Origin: Rhodospirillales bacterium
Lineage (GTDB): Bacteria; Pseudomonadota; Alphaproteobacteria; Rhodospirillales; CAMCUA01
Assembly (NCBI GenBank): GCA_947470575.1
Contig: CANITX010000001.1
Location: forward strand, 1-62,106
DNA length: 62,106 nucleotides
Reading direction: 5' to 3'
The notes under the pieces were generated by a model. The model was not told the DNA's origin. It made no database searches and saw nothing but the letters and a program-made list of their open reading frames with translations. This document shows, in pieces, positions 9,841 to 19,184 of the stretch. Position numbers and translations under genes: made by a program. Positions within the stretch are counted from its first letter, which is position 1, and every line of letters begins with the position of its first letter.

Positions 9841-10062
9841 TCACTCTGAAAGAAGCTTCCAATAAGCCAATTCGAGGACGATCTCGGCGGCAAAATGCAG
9901 ATCGCTCGTAAGGTGTTGCCCACCGATGCTGCCGCGGGCGCCCTCCCGCCCGCCGGTGGGGGCGTAGAAGATCGTGGCTTCGAGAGAGCCGCTTGTGCGG
10001 GTTATCCGTGTCTCCAGCCGGGTTTTAGGTAGGGGTCCTGCCAGAAACTCTTGCGCGTCCAT
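9841..10062 (-). CDS. hypothetical 73-aa ORF; possibly the 5' part of a disrupted gene (see findings)
   Basis: ATG-initiated ORF lying 28 nt downstream of panC on the same strand. Third-position GC looks coding. No family recognised. The frame stays open for another 105 codons after its TGA. Confidence 0.3.
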   Translation of the reverse strand: MDAQEFLAGPLPKTRLETRITRTSGSLEATIFYAPTGGREGARGSIGGQHLTSDLHFAAEIVLELAYWKLLSE

Positions 10063-10090
10063 CCGGCAGGGGCGATGGACAGGATCTCCC

Positions 10091-10954
10091 TCAAACCGGC
10101 ACCGCCAGATTATCGATCAATCGGGTCCGTCCGGCGAAAGCGGCACCAAGCACGCGCCACGACCGTTTCGGGGACGGAGGGGCTAGGCTATCGGAATCGC
10201 GCACAGCGATGTAATCGACCTTGGCAAAGCCGGCGCAGAGCAAATTCTCGATGGCCTGGCCCTCTTCGTGCGACGGATCGGCACCATTGGCCACCGCTTG
10301 GGCGACGGCATGCAAGGTCTCGTGCAGCTTTGGTGCAAGGGATCGTTCCGCGGCACTCAGATAGACATTGCGCGACGACAATGCCAAACCGTCTGCTTCG
10401 CGGACGGTAGGGCAGCCGACAATCTCGACCGGAATCGCCAGGTCACGCACCAGCCGGCGGATGACCATCAGCTGCTGGTAGTCCTTCTCGCCAAAAAAAG
10501 CCCGGTCGGGCAGGCATTGCAGCAGAAGTTTGGTGACGACCGTCGCGACGCCGGTGAAGAACCCAGGGCGAAACGCACCTTCCAACATATCGCCCAAACC
10601 GGGTACCGACACGCCGGTGATGAAGCCGGCGGGATACATTTCCTCGAGATGCGGGGCAAACAGCAGATGACTGCCCAATTCCGCGAGCAACGCCCCATCG
10701 CGGTCTTCGTTGCGTGGATAGACGGAAAAATCCTCGTGCGGTGCGAATTGCTTTGGATTCACGAACAAGCTGATCACCGTCCGGTCGGTAACCTGCAACG
10801 AACGGCGAACCAACGATAGATGGCCGGCATGTAAGGCACCCATGGTCGGTACCAAGCCCACAGTCTTGCCGGCGCGGCGCCAAGCACGTACTTGCTCACG
10901 CAATTCCGCCGTGGTTCTGACGGTAGCGATGACGGCCGGGCTGGGGGCGTCCAT
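10091..10954 (-). CDS. panC: pantoate--beta-alanine ligase
   Basis: GLVPTMGALHAGHLSLV (HIGH-like motif), SLFVNPKQF and FGEKDYQQL. Start chosen at MDAPSPAV; the ORF extends to 11041. Confidence 0.9.
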   Translation of the reverse strand: MDAPSPAVIATVRTTAELREQVRAWRRAGKTVGLVPTMGALHAGHLSLVRRSLQVTDRTVISLFVNPKQFAPHEDFSVYPRNEDRDGALLAELGSHLLFAPHLEEMYPAGFITGVSVPGLGDMLEGAFRPGFFTGVATVVTKLLLQCLPDRAFFGEKDYQQLMVIRRLVRDLAIPVEIVGCPTVREADGLALSSRNVYLSAAERSLAPKLHETLHAVAQAVANGADPSHEEGQAIENLLCAGFAKVDYIAVRDSDSLAPPSPKRSWRVLGAAFAGRTRLIDNLAVPV

Positions 10955-11308
10955 CGTGGTGTCCTTAGGCACTGCCCTGGCGACGTCCCGGCGGCGGGCT
11001 CTCTTGGCCGGACCGCGGATCGCATCGACGTCCTTTTGCAATGGGCCGCCTTACTGGTCGTTGATCGGTTCGGCCCCTGAGGAGCTGGCAGCGAATCGGC
11101 CTGCCAAGGGTGGAGGCCAACGGCTATGCCGCCTCTTATATCGCAGCGCAGCATGACGGATCAATGGCCGCTTGTCGCGGGGCGTCCTATGGCTTTTGAC
11201 CTAACGCTTGCCGAGACGCCGAAGGATGGAGAGAAATAGACGCGTCGTTGTTCTTGTCGCTCTGTTACAGTAGGAACGCCCCAGACACGTCCCCCGGGAT
11301 AGAGTGGT

Positions 11309-12484
11309 ATGAACGTCCCTACAGCCGCAACTTCCGATCTCGCCGCCGCCGCGGGTCCGGTCGGCGAATCCGAAGCGGCGCGCCGTCGCCACGGCATCCT
11401 GCCGTCGCAAGGCATTCGCGCCTTGATCGGCGACAGGTGCGTGATTGCCGAATCACCAATCGGCGAGGATCAGGTTCAGCCCGCAAGCTTGGATTTGCGG
11501 CTGGGCCGCATCGCCTATCGGGTCCGCGCCAGCTTTCTGCCGGGCGAAGGCGTTGCAGTGCGCGACCGCATCGCCACGCTTGCCATGCATCAATTCGACC
11601 TGTCTGCCGGGGCCGTGTTGGAGAAGGGCTGCGTCTACATTGTGCCCTTGATGGAATCGACCTGCTTGGGCCGCCGACTGGTCGGCATGGCCAATCCGAA
11701 GAGTTCGGCCGGGCGGCTCGACATCTTTACTCGGCTGATCACCGACGGTGCCGCCGAGTTCGACAGCGTGCGCGAGGGATACAAAGGCCCACTGTACGCC
11801 GAGGTCTCGCCGCGCGCCTTCAGCGTCGTAGTGCGGGCTGGCGATCGCCTGTGCCAGTTGCGTATCCGCCGGGGCAGCCCGACGGCATCCGATTCCGCCA
11901 CCCGTCGCCTGCATGAGGAGGTCCGCCTTGTCGACGGCGCAGAGGCGGGAGCCGACATCGCCCGCGGCATCGCTTTCAGCGTCGATCTTCGTGGCAGCGG
12001 CGAACGGGCCCTGATCGGTTATCGTGCCAAGCAGCACACCGACCTGATCGACATTTCGCGCATCGGCCACTACGACCCGCTCGACTTCTGGGAGCCGATC
12101 CATGCCGGCCGCGAGGCCTTCGTCTTGCTCAACCCGGGGGATTTTTACATCCTCGCTTCGCGCGAGGCGGTCACGGTGCCGCCCGACCATGCCGCCGAAA
12201 TGACTCCCTACGATACGCGCGTCGGCGAGTTTCGCGTGCACTACGCCGGCTTTTTCGATCCGGGCTTTGGCTTTGCCGGTAGCGGTGGCGCCGGTTCGCG
12301 CGGCGTGCTGGAGGTGCGCTCGCACGAGGTGCCCTTCGTCCTTGAGCACGGTCAGGTGGTTGGACGCCTGGTTTATGAACGCTTGACCGAGGTGCCCGAC
12401 AAAATCTATGGCACCACCATCGGGTCCAGCTACCAGCGTCAGGGCTTGCGGCTTGCCAAGCAATTCCGCCAGCCGGCTGCTTGA
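11309..12484 (+). CDS. dcd: 2'-deoxycytidine 5'-triphosphate deaminase, long two-domain DCD family
   Basis: 391 aa. GILPSQGIRALI...QVQPASLDLRLG...VYIVPLMES and a repeated beta-barrel-like C-terminal half are typical of the long alphaproteobacterial DCD family. Confidence 0.8.
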   Translation: MNVPTAATSDLAAAAGPVGESEAARRRHGILPSQGIRALIGDRCVIAESPIGEDQVQPASLDLRLGRIAYRVRASFLPGEGVAVRDRIATLAMHQFDLSAGAVLEKGCVYIVPLMESTCLGRRLVGMANPKSSAGRLDIFTRLITDGAAEFDSVREGYKGPLYAEVSPRAFSVVVRAGDRLCQLRIRRGSPTASDSATRRLHEEVRLVDGAEAGADIARGIAFSVDLRGSGERALIGYRAKQHTDLIDISRIGHYDPLDFWEPIHAGREAFVLLNPGDFYILASREAVTVPPDHAAEMTPYDTRVGEFRVHYAGFFDPGFGFAGSGGAGSRGVLEVRSHEVPFVLEHGQVVGRLVYERLTEVPDKIYGTTIGSSYQRQGLRLAKQFRQPAA

Positions 12485-12670
12485 TCGATCGCAGTGCGGG
12501 GACGGCATTCCAAGGAAACCGCATGACTGGGCGTGCGGCAGTTCAGACCAACTATTTTGAATAGGACTTAATGACATGCCCAGAGTTTCTTCCCCCCGTG
12601 CGGATGCCGTGTTGCTGCTGTTCTCCAGTGGCGCCGGCTCGCGTCGCAAAGCCGCGGCGATGGGCGAGCG

Positions 12671-13861
12671 ATGACCGCCGTCCATCCCGATATCTTTCTG
12701 TTGGCCGGTCGCGACCGGCGTGTGGTCGGGGGCCATCCTTGGGTCTATTCCAACGAAGTCCGGATGGATGCCGCTACCAAGTCGTTGGAGCCGGGCTGTG
12801 TGGTGACCTTGCGTCGGGTGGATGGCAAGCCGCTCGGCATCGGCACGTTCAATCCGCACGTTCTTATTGCCTACCGACAGTTCGCCGATGACGGGCGGAT
12901 GGACATCGATGCGGATTTCATCACCGGACGCTTATCGCGGGCGCTCGCCTTGCGCCAGAAGCTCTTTGCCGATCCCTACTACCGGTTGATCCATGGCGAG
13001 GCCGATGGCCTGCCTGGTTTGGTGGTCGATCGCTTTGGCGACACGGTGGTTCTGCAATGTGCGACTGCAGGAACGGACCGATTGCTGCCCCATGTTGTTG
13101 CCGCTGTTGAGCGGGTTCTCGATCCCGCCGCGGTTGTCTTGCGTAACGACGGCGCTTTCCGCGATTTGGAAGGATTGTCCCACGAGGTGCGAGTGGTGAA
13201 GGGATCGGCGGCGCCTCCTGTCTCGGTCGTCGAATCCGGTCTGCGGTTTGCCGCCGATCCACTGGGTGGGCAGAAGACCGGCTGGTTCTTCGATCAGCGC
13301 GACAACCGTGCTTTCGTCGCTCATCTCGCGGAGGACGCGCGGGTTCTCGATCTCTACTGCCATGCCGGCGGTTTCGGCGTTTCGGCGGCGGCCCACGGCG
13401 CGATATCCGTGCTTGGCATCGATAGCTCCGAGCCGGCTCTGGCCCTGGCTCGGCAGGCGGCCGAATGGAACGGCCTCGCCGAACGTTGTGTCTTCGCGCG
13501 GGAAAACGTCTATGCGGCGCTAGAACGGCTGGCCACCGAGGGTGCAAACTACGATGTCGTCGTTGCCGATCCGCCGGCTTTCGTCAAATCGCGCAAGGAC
13601 CTTAAACCCGGACTTAGCGGTTATCGCAAGCTAACCCGATTGACGGCGGCGCGAGTGGCGCCGGGCGGCTTTTTGTTCATTGCTTCGTGCTCGCACAACG
13701 TGGACTTTCAAGCCTTCCAGGATGAGGTTGCCCGCGGCCTCACCCAGGCTGGCCGAGCCGGCCGCATCCTGCGGGCAGCCGGCGCCGGTGCCGATCATCC
13801 GCTGCATCCCCATCTGGCGGAAAGTGCCTACCTTACCGCACTCACCCTGCAGCTCGACTGA
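12671..13861 (+). CDS. rlmI: class I SAM-dependent rRNA (cytosine-C5) methyltransferase, RlmI-like with PUA domain
   Basis: GHPWVYSNEV N-terminus, QKTGWFFDQRDNR, the SAM motif VLDLYCHAGGFG, and DVVVADPPAF. Confidence 0.85.
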   Translation: MTAVHPDIFLLAGRDRRVVGGHPWVYSNEVRMDAATKSLEPGCVVTLRRVDGKPLGIGTFNPHVLIAYRQFADDGRMDIDADFITGRLSRALALRQKLFADPYYRLIHGEADGLPGLVVDRFGDTVVLQCATAGTDRLLPHVVAAVERVLDPAAVVLRNDGAFRDLEGLSHEVRVVKGSAAPPVSVVESGLRFAADPLGGQKTGWFFDQRDNRAFVAHLAEDARVLDLYCHAGGFGVSAAAHGAISVLGIDSSEPALALARQAAEWNGLAERCVFARENVYAALERLATEGANYDVVVADPPAFVKSRKDLKPGLSGYRKLTRLTAARVAPGGFLFIASCSHNVDFQAFQDEVARGLTQAGRAGRILRAAGAGADHPLHPHLAESAYLTALTLQLD

Positions 13862-13947
13862 GGGTGTTCAAGGGGTAGCTACCGACCGAAGACATGGCGG
13901 CGAGAAATCTGAGTCCCGCCAAAGCGGCGTTGCGGGCAGGCCATTGT

Positions 13948-14724
13948 CTATCGTGTGGCAACGATGAAAAGCCGGCGAAAGGGCAACAGCGTCCGGCCGT
14001 CGGTACGCCGGGGATAGGCGGCGGCGGTCAACCGGCTGTATTCGGCCTGATAGATGGCGCGCTTCCTTTCGTCGAGCGCGTCAAGCAAAGGCCGTAGGGC
14101 CGAGCCCTTGGTCCATTCCACCACGGGGTTATCGCCTTCAAGGGGCTGGACGTAGGTGGTTTCCCAGATGTCCACTTTGGCAGCCAAGGGCGCCAGCACG
14201 TCATAATAAAACGCCGGTTCTGCGACCGGGTGCAACCGCATGACCGGTCTAAGTTCCTCCAACAGCCCGACGTTGCTGGCGGCCTCCAGCATGGAGGTAT
14301 GGCTGGGCGCGGCGTGGTTGCGAGGCATCTGGACTGCGAGCGTGCCGCCGGGACGCAGGTGGTTTAACAGCCGAGGAAATAGAACTTCGTGCTGGGTGAG
14401 CCATTGCAGGGCCGCATTGGAATACAGCACATCGACCTGGCTTGCCGGACTCCAGGTATGCAGGTCGGCTGTTTCGAACGAGACGTTGGTCGGCAGGTCG
14501 CGTTCGGCCCGGGCCTTGGCCAGCATCTCGGCAGATGAATCAAGGCCTTTGACCGACGCGGCGGCCCACCGCTCAGCCAGGATGCGTGTAACGTTGCCGG
14601 GACCGCAGCCCAAATCGTAGACCGATTGGGGGGCCTCTGCCGGTATCTGTGCCAGCAGGTCGAGCGCCGGGCGCAAGCGGTGTCCGGCATAGCGCAGATA
14701 CTGGGTGGGACTCCAATCGCTCAT
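13948..14724 (-). CDS. tam: trans-aconitate 2-methyltransferase
   Basis: MSDWSPTQYLRYAGHRLRPALDLL...VYDLGCGPGNVT...VLYSNAALQWL is the classic Tam N-terminus and SAM motif. Start at ATG 14722-14724; the ORF extends upstream to 14907. Confidence 0.85.
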   Translation of the reverse strand: MSDWSPTQYLRYAGHRLRPALDLLAQIPAEAPQSVYDLGCGPGNVTRILAERWAAASVKGLDSSAEMLAKARAERDLPTNVSFETADLHTWSPASQVDVLYSNAALQWLTQHEVLFPRLLNHLRPGGTLAVQMPRNHAAPSHTSMLEAASNVGLLEELRPVMRLHPVAEPAFYYDVLAPLAAKVDIWETTYVQPLEGDNPVVEWTKGSALRPLLDALDERKRAIYQAEYSRLTAAAYPRRTDGRTLLPFRRLFIVATR

Positions 14725-14809
14725 GGTGACATGGGCCTGTTGGTCATTGGAAATGTTATGGCCATCGCAGACTAACAGAAGGCGATGATCCCGCAAAACG
14801 CCTGGCGGT

Positions 14810-16253
14810 TCATGGACTCCCCTTCTTGGCGTCCCGTCGAGCGGGAAGGCTGATTTGGAACGCCGTGCCGTCGCTCCCGGTACGGGCCAAGATGAGATCG
14901 CCGCCATGCGCTTTTAGGATGTCGCGTGCGATGATCAGCCCAAGCCCGGTACCGCCCTTGCGTGCCGATCCTGCGAACGGTTGGAACAATCGCTGTTGCG
15001 CCCTTTCGGGGAGGCCCGGTCCGTCGTCGGCGACTTCGAGGCGGATCGCTTCACCTTCGCTTACCGCCGTTACCCGGACCTCGCGGGCACCGGCTTCGCA
15101 GGCGTTGCGCATTAGATTACTGACGGCCCGAAACAACTGATCCCGATCGGCGTCGACCGCCATGTCGGCAGGCACCGCATTGCTTAGAACGGGCGGGCCG
15201 GATTGCGAGGGGCTGCCGCTTCCTTCACTGGCCAGTTCCTGGCCGACCTCCGTCACCAAACCACCTAGGGCAAAGCGGCGGATGTGCAAAACAGGACGGG
15301 GATCGGTGACGAAATTCAGGGTCTGGCTGCAAAGATGTACGGCCCGGTCGATGGCGTCATATAGACGAGGGGCTACCCGTTGAACCTCGGGGTCGTCGAT
15401 ATCGGCAAGGCGATCCGAGACGAGTACGGCGGTCGACAGGCTGTTACGCAGGTCGTGGTTGATCTTGGCGACGGCGGCGCCGAGGGTAGCCAGTCTAGTC
15501 TTTTGGCGTAGCGCAGCGCGCAGGTCGCTTTGCATAACTGCCAGCTCTCTTTGGGCAACGCCGATTTCGTCGCGCCGTCCGGGGGGGGGCGGCCATACGA
15601 CTCTCATCTTCCGGGTTGGCGCGGAAGGCCGTCATGCTGGTCGTAATCCGCCGCATCGGGCGCACCAGCAGCCACTGAAGGCTGAAATAGACAAGGACGG
15701 CAGTCATCAGCGATATCACGATGGACAAAGACAGTATGCGGCCGGAATAGGCATACATGTCACGGATCATCGGCGTTTCGTCCATCACGACTTCGATCAG
15801 GACACTCGGTTCGCGCGGCGAGGGGCCGATGACCCGCATGATTCGATTTGTACCCTGGCCCAGTGCTTCGAAAGCATCGCGAAGCCATAAAAAGAAATTA
15901 TCCAACCTGAGGTCGACCGTTACATCGGCCATCGGCGGCATATCTTCGCTGAGTGCTAAAACCCTGCGCTCCGGATGGCGCAGGATGATGCCGTAGGCAC
16001 CCACACCTTTCAGCAGGGCTGCTTCCATTTCCGGACTCGCCTCGACACCGAAAATTTCATCCAGAGCGATCGTGGCCAGATCGGCAGAGGCAATGTGCTT
16101 TTCCAGATAGGTCCTGCGAAATTGGGCGATTGACGGTGCATAGATGAAGAGCTCGCTGAGCATGACGAAAGCGATGGTCAACAGCAGCAGACGCGCCGAC
16201 AAGCCCAGGCGTACGCGATCCAGGGGGGGCGAAGAAGTAGAAAGATCGTTCAT
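14810..16253 (-). pseudogene. membrane sensor histidine kinase split by a 1-nt frameshift in a C9 (plus-strand G9) tract
   Basis: ORF 15495..16280 encodes the TM/sensor/HAMP-like N-terminal half, ending ...FRANPEDESRMAAPP. ORF 14810..15607 encodes the rest: ...PPPGRRDEIGVAQRELAVMQ, H-box INHDLRNSL and the HATPase motifs DDGPGL and GTGLGL. The two frames differ by one and meet at the homopolymer 15581-15589. Deleting one C restores a single continuous kinase. Confidence 0.8.
15581..15589. repeat. G9/C9 homopolymer at the kinase frameshift point
   Basis: Read directly: cgtcc-ggggggggg-cggcc. Confidence 0.95.
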
Positions 16254-16289
16254 CGTTGCCAATATGCTTCCACGGCGCACGCCGGCTCG

Positions 16290-17717
16290 TCAGGGGAAAC
16301 GGGCAAGAAATCGAACCAGGCGTTTGGTACCTTCGCCGAACAATGTCGGCGTGAAGAAACTGCCGGCTGCTCGCTTGCTGACTTCACCCAACGTGGGATA
16401 AGGCGCGATCATCCGGGCCACGGCGCCGATCTTCAGCCTCTCCTGGATGGCCAAGCCCCACAATGCGATCAACTCGCCGGCCCGCGCACCGACGATTCCG
16501 GCGCCCAGGATCCGTCCCCGTGATGTTGCCACAACCTTAATGAAGCCATCGGTCAGGCCCTGGGTCTGGGCACGGTCGTTCTCGGCGAATGGCCAGCGCA
16601 AGATGCGGATGTCTCTCCCGCCAGCGCGTGCGGTCGCTTCCGTTTGGCCGACCTGCGCCAATTCCGGCTCGCTGTAGGTGACCCAAGGGATGGCCCGTTC
16701 ATCCAATTTTGTGGGCAGGCGAAACAAAGCGTTACGGATAACGATGCCGGCATGATAGCCGGCGACGTGCGTAAACTGCTGGCGGCCGGTCACGTCGCCG
16801 ATGGCATAGACGTTGCGGTTTGTGGTGCGCAGGCGATTGTCGACGCGGATGCCGGCATCGTCGTATTCGATGCCGGCTGTCTCAAGGCCCAGGCCGGTAA
16901 CGCTTGGCTGGCGCCCTGCGGCGACGAGCAGGTGGCTGCCTTCGACGGTCAGGTTGCCTTCGCCTTGACGCATCGAGACGGCGATCCCCCCTGCGGTTCG
17001 CATCACGCGGGTCACCGTTGAGCCCTCGTACAGAGCAACGCCTTCCTGTCGCAGCCGTGAACGGACCACGTCGACCAATTCGGGGTCGTCCTTGGGCAGG
17101 ATCGTGGACTTTTGGATGGCCGTGACGTTGCAGCCCAATCGGCGGTGGGCTTGCGCCATCTCGACGCCGATAGGTCCGCCGCCGATGACAACAAGGTGAT
17201 CAGGCAGCGCCGGCTGTTCGAAGATCGTTTCATTGGTCAGGGCGTCGACGGTGTCGATGCCTGGAATGGGTGGGGTCGCGGGGGCCGACCCTGTCGCCAC
17301 GACAAAGCGGCGGGCCCGTATTTTTACATTTTCGGCGATGACTTCGGTGGGGCCTATAAACCGTGCGGCGCTCCGGATGACCCGCACGCCCAGGCCTTCG
17401 AATCGTTCGGCTGAATCGTTCGGCGCGATGGCGGCGATGGCGCTTCTGACGCGGGCGGCGACGCCCGCCTCTACGACGCGAGGTTCCGCTCCCAAGATGC
17501 CGAATCGTCCGGCAGAACGTATCCTTGCGGCGGTATGCGCGGCGGCCAATAAAGCCTTCGACGGCACACAGCCATAGTTCAAGCAATCGCCGCCCATGCG
17601 GCCTTTCTCGATCAATACGGTCGAGGCGCCAAGCTGCGCTGCGCCGGCGGCCACGGACAAGCCGGCGGCACCCGCCCCGATGACGCATATATCGACATTC
17701 AGGATTTCGTTGGCCAT
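16290..17717 (-). CDS. FAD-dependent pyridine nucleotide-disulfide oxidoreductase (dihydrolipoyl dehydrogenase / mercuric reductase-like)
   Basis: DICVIGAGAAGLS (FAD fold), the redox-active GGDCLNYGCVPSK, LVVIGGGPIGVEMA (NAD fold), and a C-terminal dimerisation domain. Start at MANEILNVD. Confidence 0.85.
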   Translation of the reverse strand: MANEILNVDICVIGAGAAGLSVAAGAAQLGASTVLIEKGRMGGDCLNYGCVPSKALLAAAHTAARIRSAGRFGILGAEPRVVEAGVAARVRSAIAAIAPNDSAERFEGLGVRVIRSAARFIGPTEVIAENVKIRARRFVVATGSAPATPPIPGIDTVDALTNETIFEQPALPDHLVVIGGGPIGVEMAQAHRRLGCNVTAIQKSTILPKDDPELVDVVRSRLRQEGVALYEGSTVTRVMRTAGGIAVSMRQGEGNLTVEGSHLLVAAGRQPSVTGLGLETAGIEYDDAGIRVDNRLRTTNRNVYAIGDVTGRQQFTHVAGYHAGIVIRNALFRLPTKLDERAIPWVTYSEPELAQVGQTEATARAGGRDIRILRWPFAENDRAQTQGLTDGFIKVVATSRGRILGAGIVGARAGELIALWGLAIQERLKIGAVARMIAPYPTLGEVSKRAAGSFFTPTLFGEGTKRLVRFLARFP

Positions 17718-17733
17718 GGACCGCCTGCCCGTT

Positions 17734-18468
17734 TCATCGCTTGCCGTGCTTGTAGCGTTTATAGGCGATGGGCAGCAGAGAGAGCACGGCCAATCCAATG
17801 ATGGGCAACAGCACGGCCGGTTCGAAAATGACACCTAGATCCGGGGTTTGGTCAGACTCGAACACGCTCCCCAGCCCATTGCCGATGCCGCAATAAACGA
17901 AACTGCCGGGAATGATTCCGATAACGGTTGCCAGCGCATAAGTCCGTAACGGGACGCCAAGGAACGCGGGCACCAGATTGACCAGCCAGAAGGGAAATAA
18001 GGGGATCAAGCGCAGGATCAGTAGGTAGTTGAAGGCATCTTCGCGGAATCCTGCCTCCATTCGGCGTGTCGCCGGCCCAGCCCGGGCCTGTAGGTACTCG
18101 CCCAGGGCGAAGCGCGCGGCCAAGAATACCGCGATAGCGCCCAATGACGCGCCGCAAACGGACAGCAGGGTGCCGATCGGGGTACCAAACAGGAAACCGC
18201 CGGCGACGGTAAGCCAAACCCCGCCTGGGATCGATAGGGTTACGATGATGACATAGGCCAACACGAAAATAAGCGCTGTTAGAGCGTAATTTTCGTTCCG
18301 CCAGGCGAAAAGATCGTCTCGATGGTGCGAGAGGGAGGCGAAACTCAAATAGGTATCCAGGTCCAAGGCGAAGAAGGGCACCATGCCTGCCGCAATGGCA
18401 AGGACGGGCAGCAAACGCCAAGGCGAATACCCTGCGGGCCGGTGCTGGGGGCTTGGTTCGTCGGCCAC
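17734..18468 (-). CDS. TVP38/TMEM64 (DedA-related, SNARE_assoc) membrane protein
   Basis: 244-aa polytopic protein with IPGGVWLTVAGGFLFG, LRLIPLFPFWLVNL and IGIIPGSFVY, all typical of the family. Confidence 0.85.
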   Translation of the reverse strand: MADEPSPQHRPAGYSPWRLLPVLAIAAGMVPFFALDLDTYLSFASLSHHRDDLFAWRNENYALTALIFVLAYVIIVTLSIPGGVWLTVAGGFLFGTPIGTLLSVCGASLGAIAVFLAARFALGEYLQARAGPATRRMEAGFREDAFNYLLILRLIPLFPFWLVNLVPAFLGVPLRTYALATVIGIIPGSFVYCGIGNGLGSVFESDQTPDLGVIFEPAVLLPIIGLAVLSLLPIAYKRYKHGKR

Positions 18469-18581
18469 GTCCGCCGTCTACCTGTCCGTGTTTGGTATGG
18501 CATTATGGACCGTCTAACCTTGTCCGGGCCACTTTATTAGGGGTCTTGCGCCATTCGCAAATGCCGGAGATCGCCGGTGCG

Positions 18582-18610
18582 TTGACTTCACCGGGACGAG
18601 ACTTTATACA
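18582..18610 (+). promoter_or_regulatory. candidate sigma70-type promoter for rpmH-rnpA-yidD-yidC
   Basis: TTGACT (18582-18587), a 17-nt spacer, then TATACA (18605-18610), about 30 nt upstream of the rpmH GTG. Confidence 0.4.
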
Positions 18611-18640
18611 GCGGGGCCTATCGAACCTGGGAGTCGACCC

Positions 18641-18775
18641 GTGAAACGAACCTTTCAGCCAAGCCGGCTCGTCCGCAAGCGGCGCCACGGTTTCCGTAGC
18701 CGCATGGCGACCGTCGGCGGTCGCCGTGTATTGGCGAACCGGCGCAGCAAGGGTCGCAAACGTCTATCCGCCTGA
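18641..18775 (+). CDS. rpmH: 50S ribosomal protein L34
   Basis: My own translation (below the ORF-track size cut-off): [44 protein letters not shown]. This is the near-invariant L34 sequence. Confidence 0.95.
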   Translation: MKRTFQPSRLVRKRRHGFRSRMATVGGRRVLANRRSKGRKRLSA

Positions 18776-18782
18776 GTCGGCC

Positions 18783-19184
18783 ATGAATCCGCCGATTGGC
18801 CGCTTGAAGCGTCGCGCGGAATTCCTCCGTGTCGCCGGTGAGCGGAACAAATGGGTCGCGCCGGGACTTGTCCTGCAGGCCCGCTCACGCGGCGTAGACG
18901 TCGGTGCCCCTCTAGCCGTTGACGCCATTCGCGTCGGCTTTACCGTCAGCCGCAAGGTCGGCGGCGCCGTAGCGCGCAATCGCGCCCGCCGTCGCCTGCG
19001 CGCGGCGGTGGCTGCCATATTGCCATCGTGCGGTCGCCCTGGGTTCGATTATGTCGTGATCGGCCGCAATGCCACCTTGAGCCGGCCGTTCAATGACTTG
19101 TTGGGCGACCTTACCTTAGCTCTTGACCGATTGGGACGGGGCAGGCGGGAAGCGCGTACGAGCGAGGCGAGACGGTTATCATGA
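18783..19184 (+). CDS. rnpA: ribonuclease P protein component
   Basis: RLKRRAEFLRV...GFTVSRKVGGAVARNRARRRLR (RNR motif), positioned directly after rpmH. Confidence 0.9.
   Translation: MNPPIGRLKRRAEFLRVAGERNKWVAPGLVLQARSRGVDVGAPLAVDAIRVGFTVSRKVGGAVARNRARRRLRAAVAAILPSCGRPGFDYVVIGRNATLSRPFNDLLGDLTLALDRLGRGRREARTSEARRLS

Noticed and set aside
9841-9843. In-frame TGA as a selenocysteine codon.
   Set aside because: There is no convincing SECIS-type hairpin with the usual spacing and apical loop immediately downstream. No redox-type motif surrounds the codon, and no sel genes lie in the window. A nonsense mutation or a genuine stop is more likely.
11453-12859. Very long ORFs antisense to, or out of frame with, confidently identified genes. 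Examples are 11453..12859, 35211..36167, 35732..36736, 52682..54076, 60101..61129, 61138..62106, 50247..50981 and 42004..43050.
   Set aside because: These are typical shadow ORFs of high-GC DNA. Their translations are Arg/Ala/Gly/Pro-rich and low in complexity, carry no family motifs, and fully overlap genes with clear homology signatures. I see no evidence that they are overlapping genes.
17401-17424. Tandem 11-nt direct repeat AATCGTTCGGC-TG-AATCGTTCGGC.
   Set aside because: It lies in frame inside the oxidoreductase gene, where it encodes ...PNDSAERFE.... It is short and does not disrupt the ORF, so it is probably a chance or slippage relic of no consequence.
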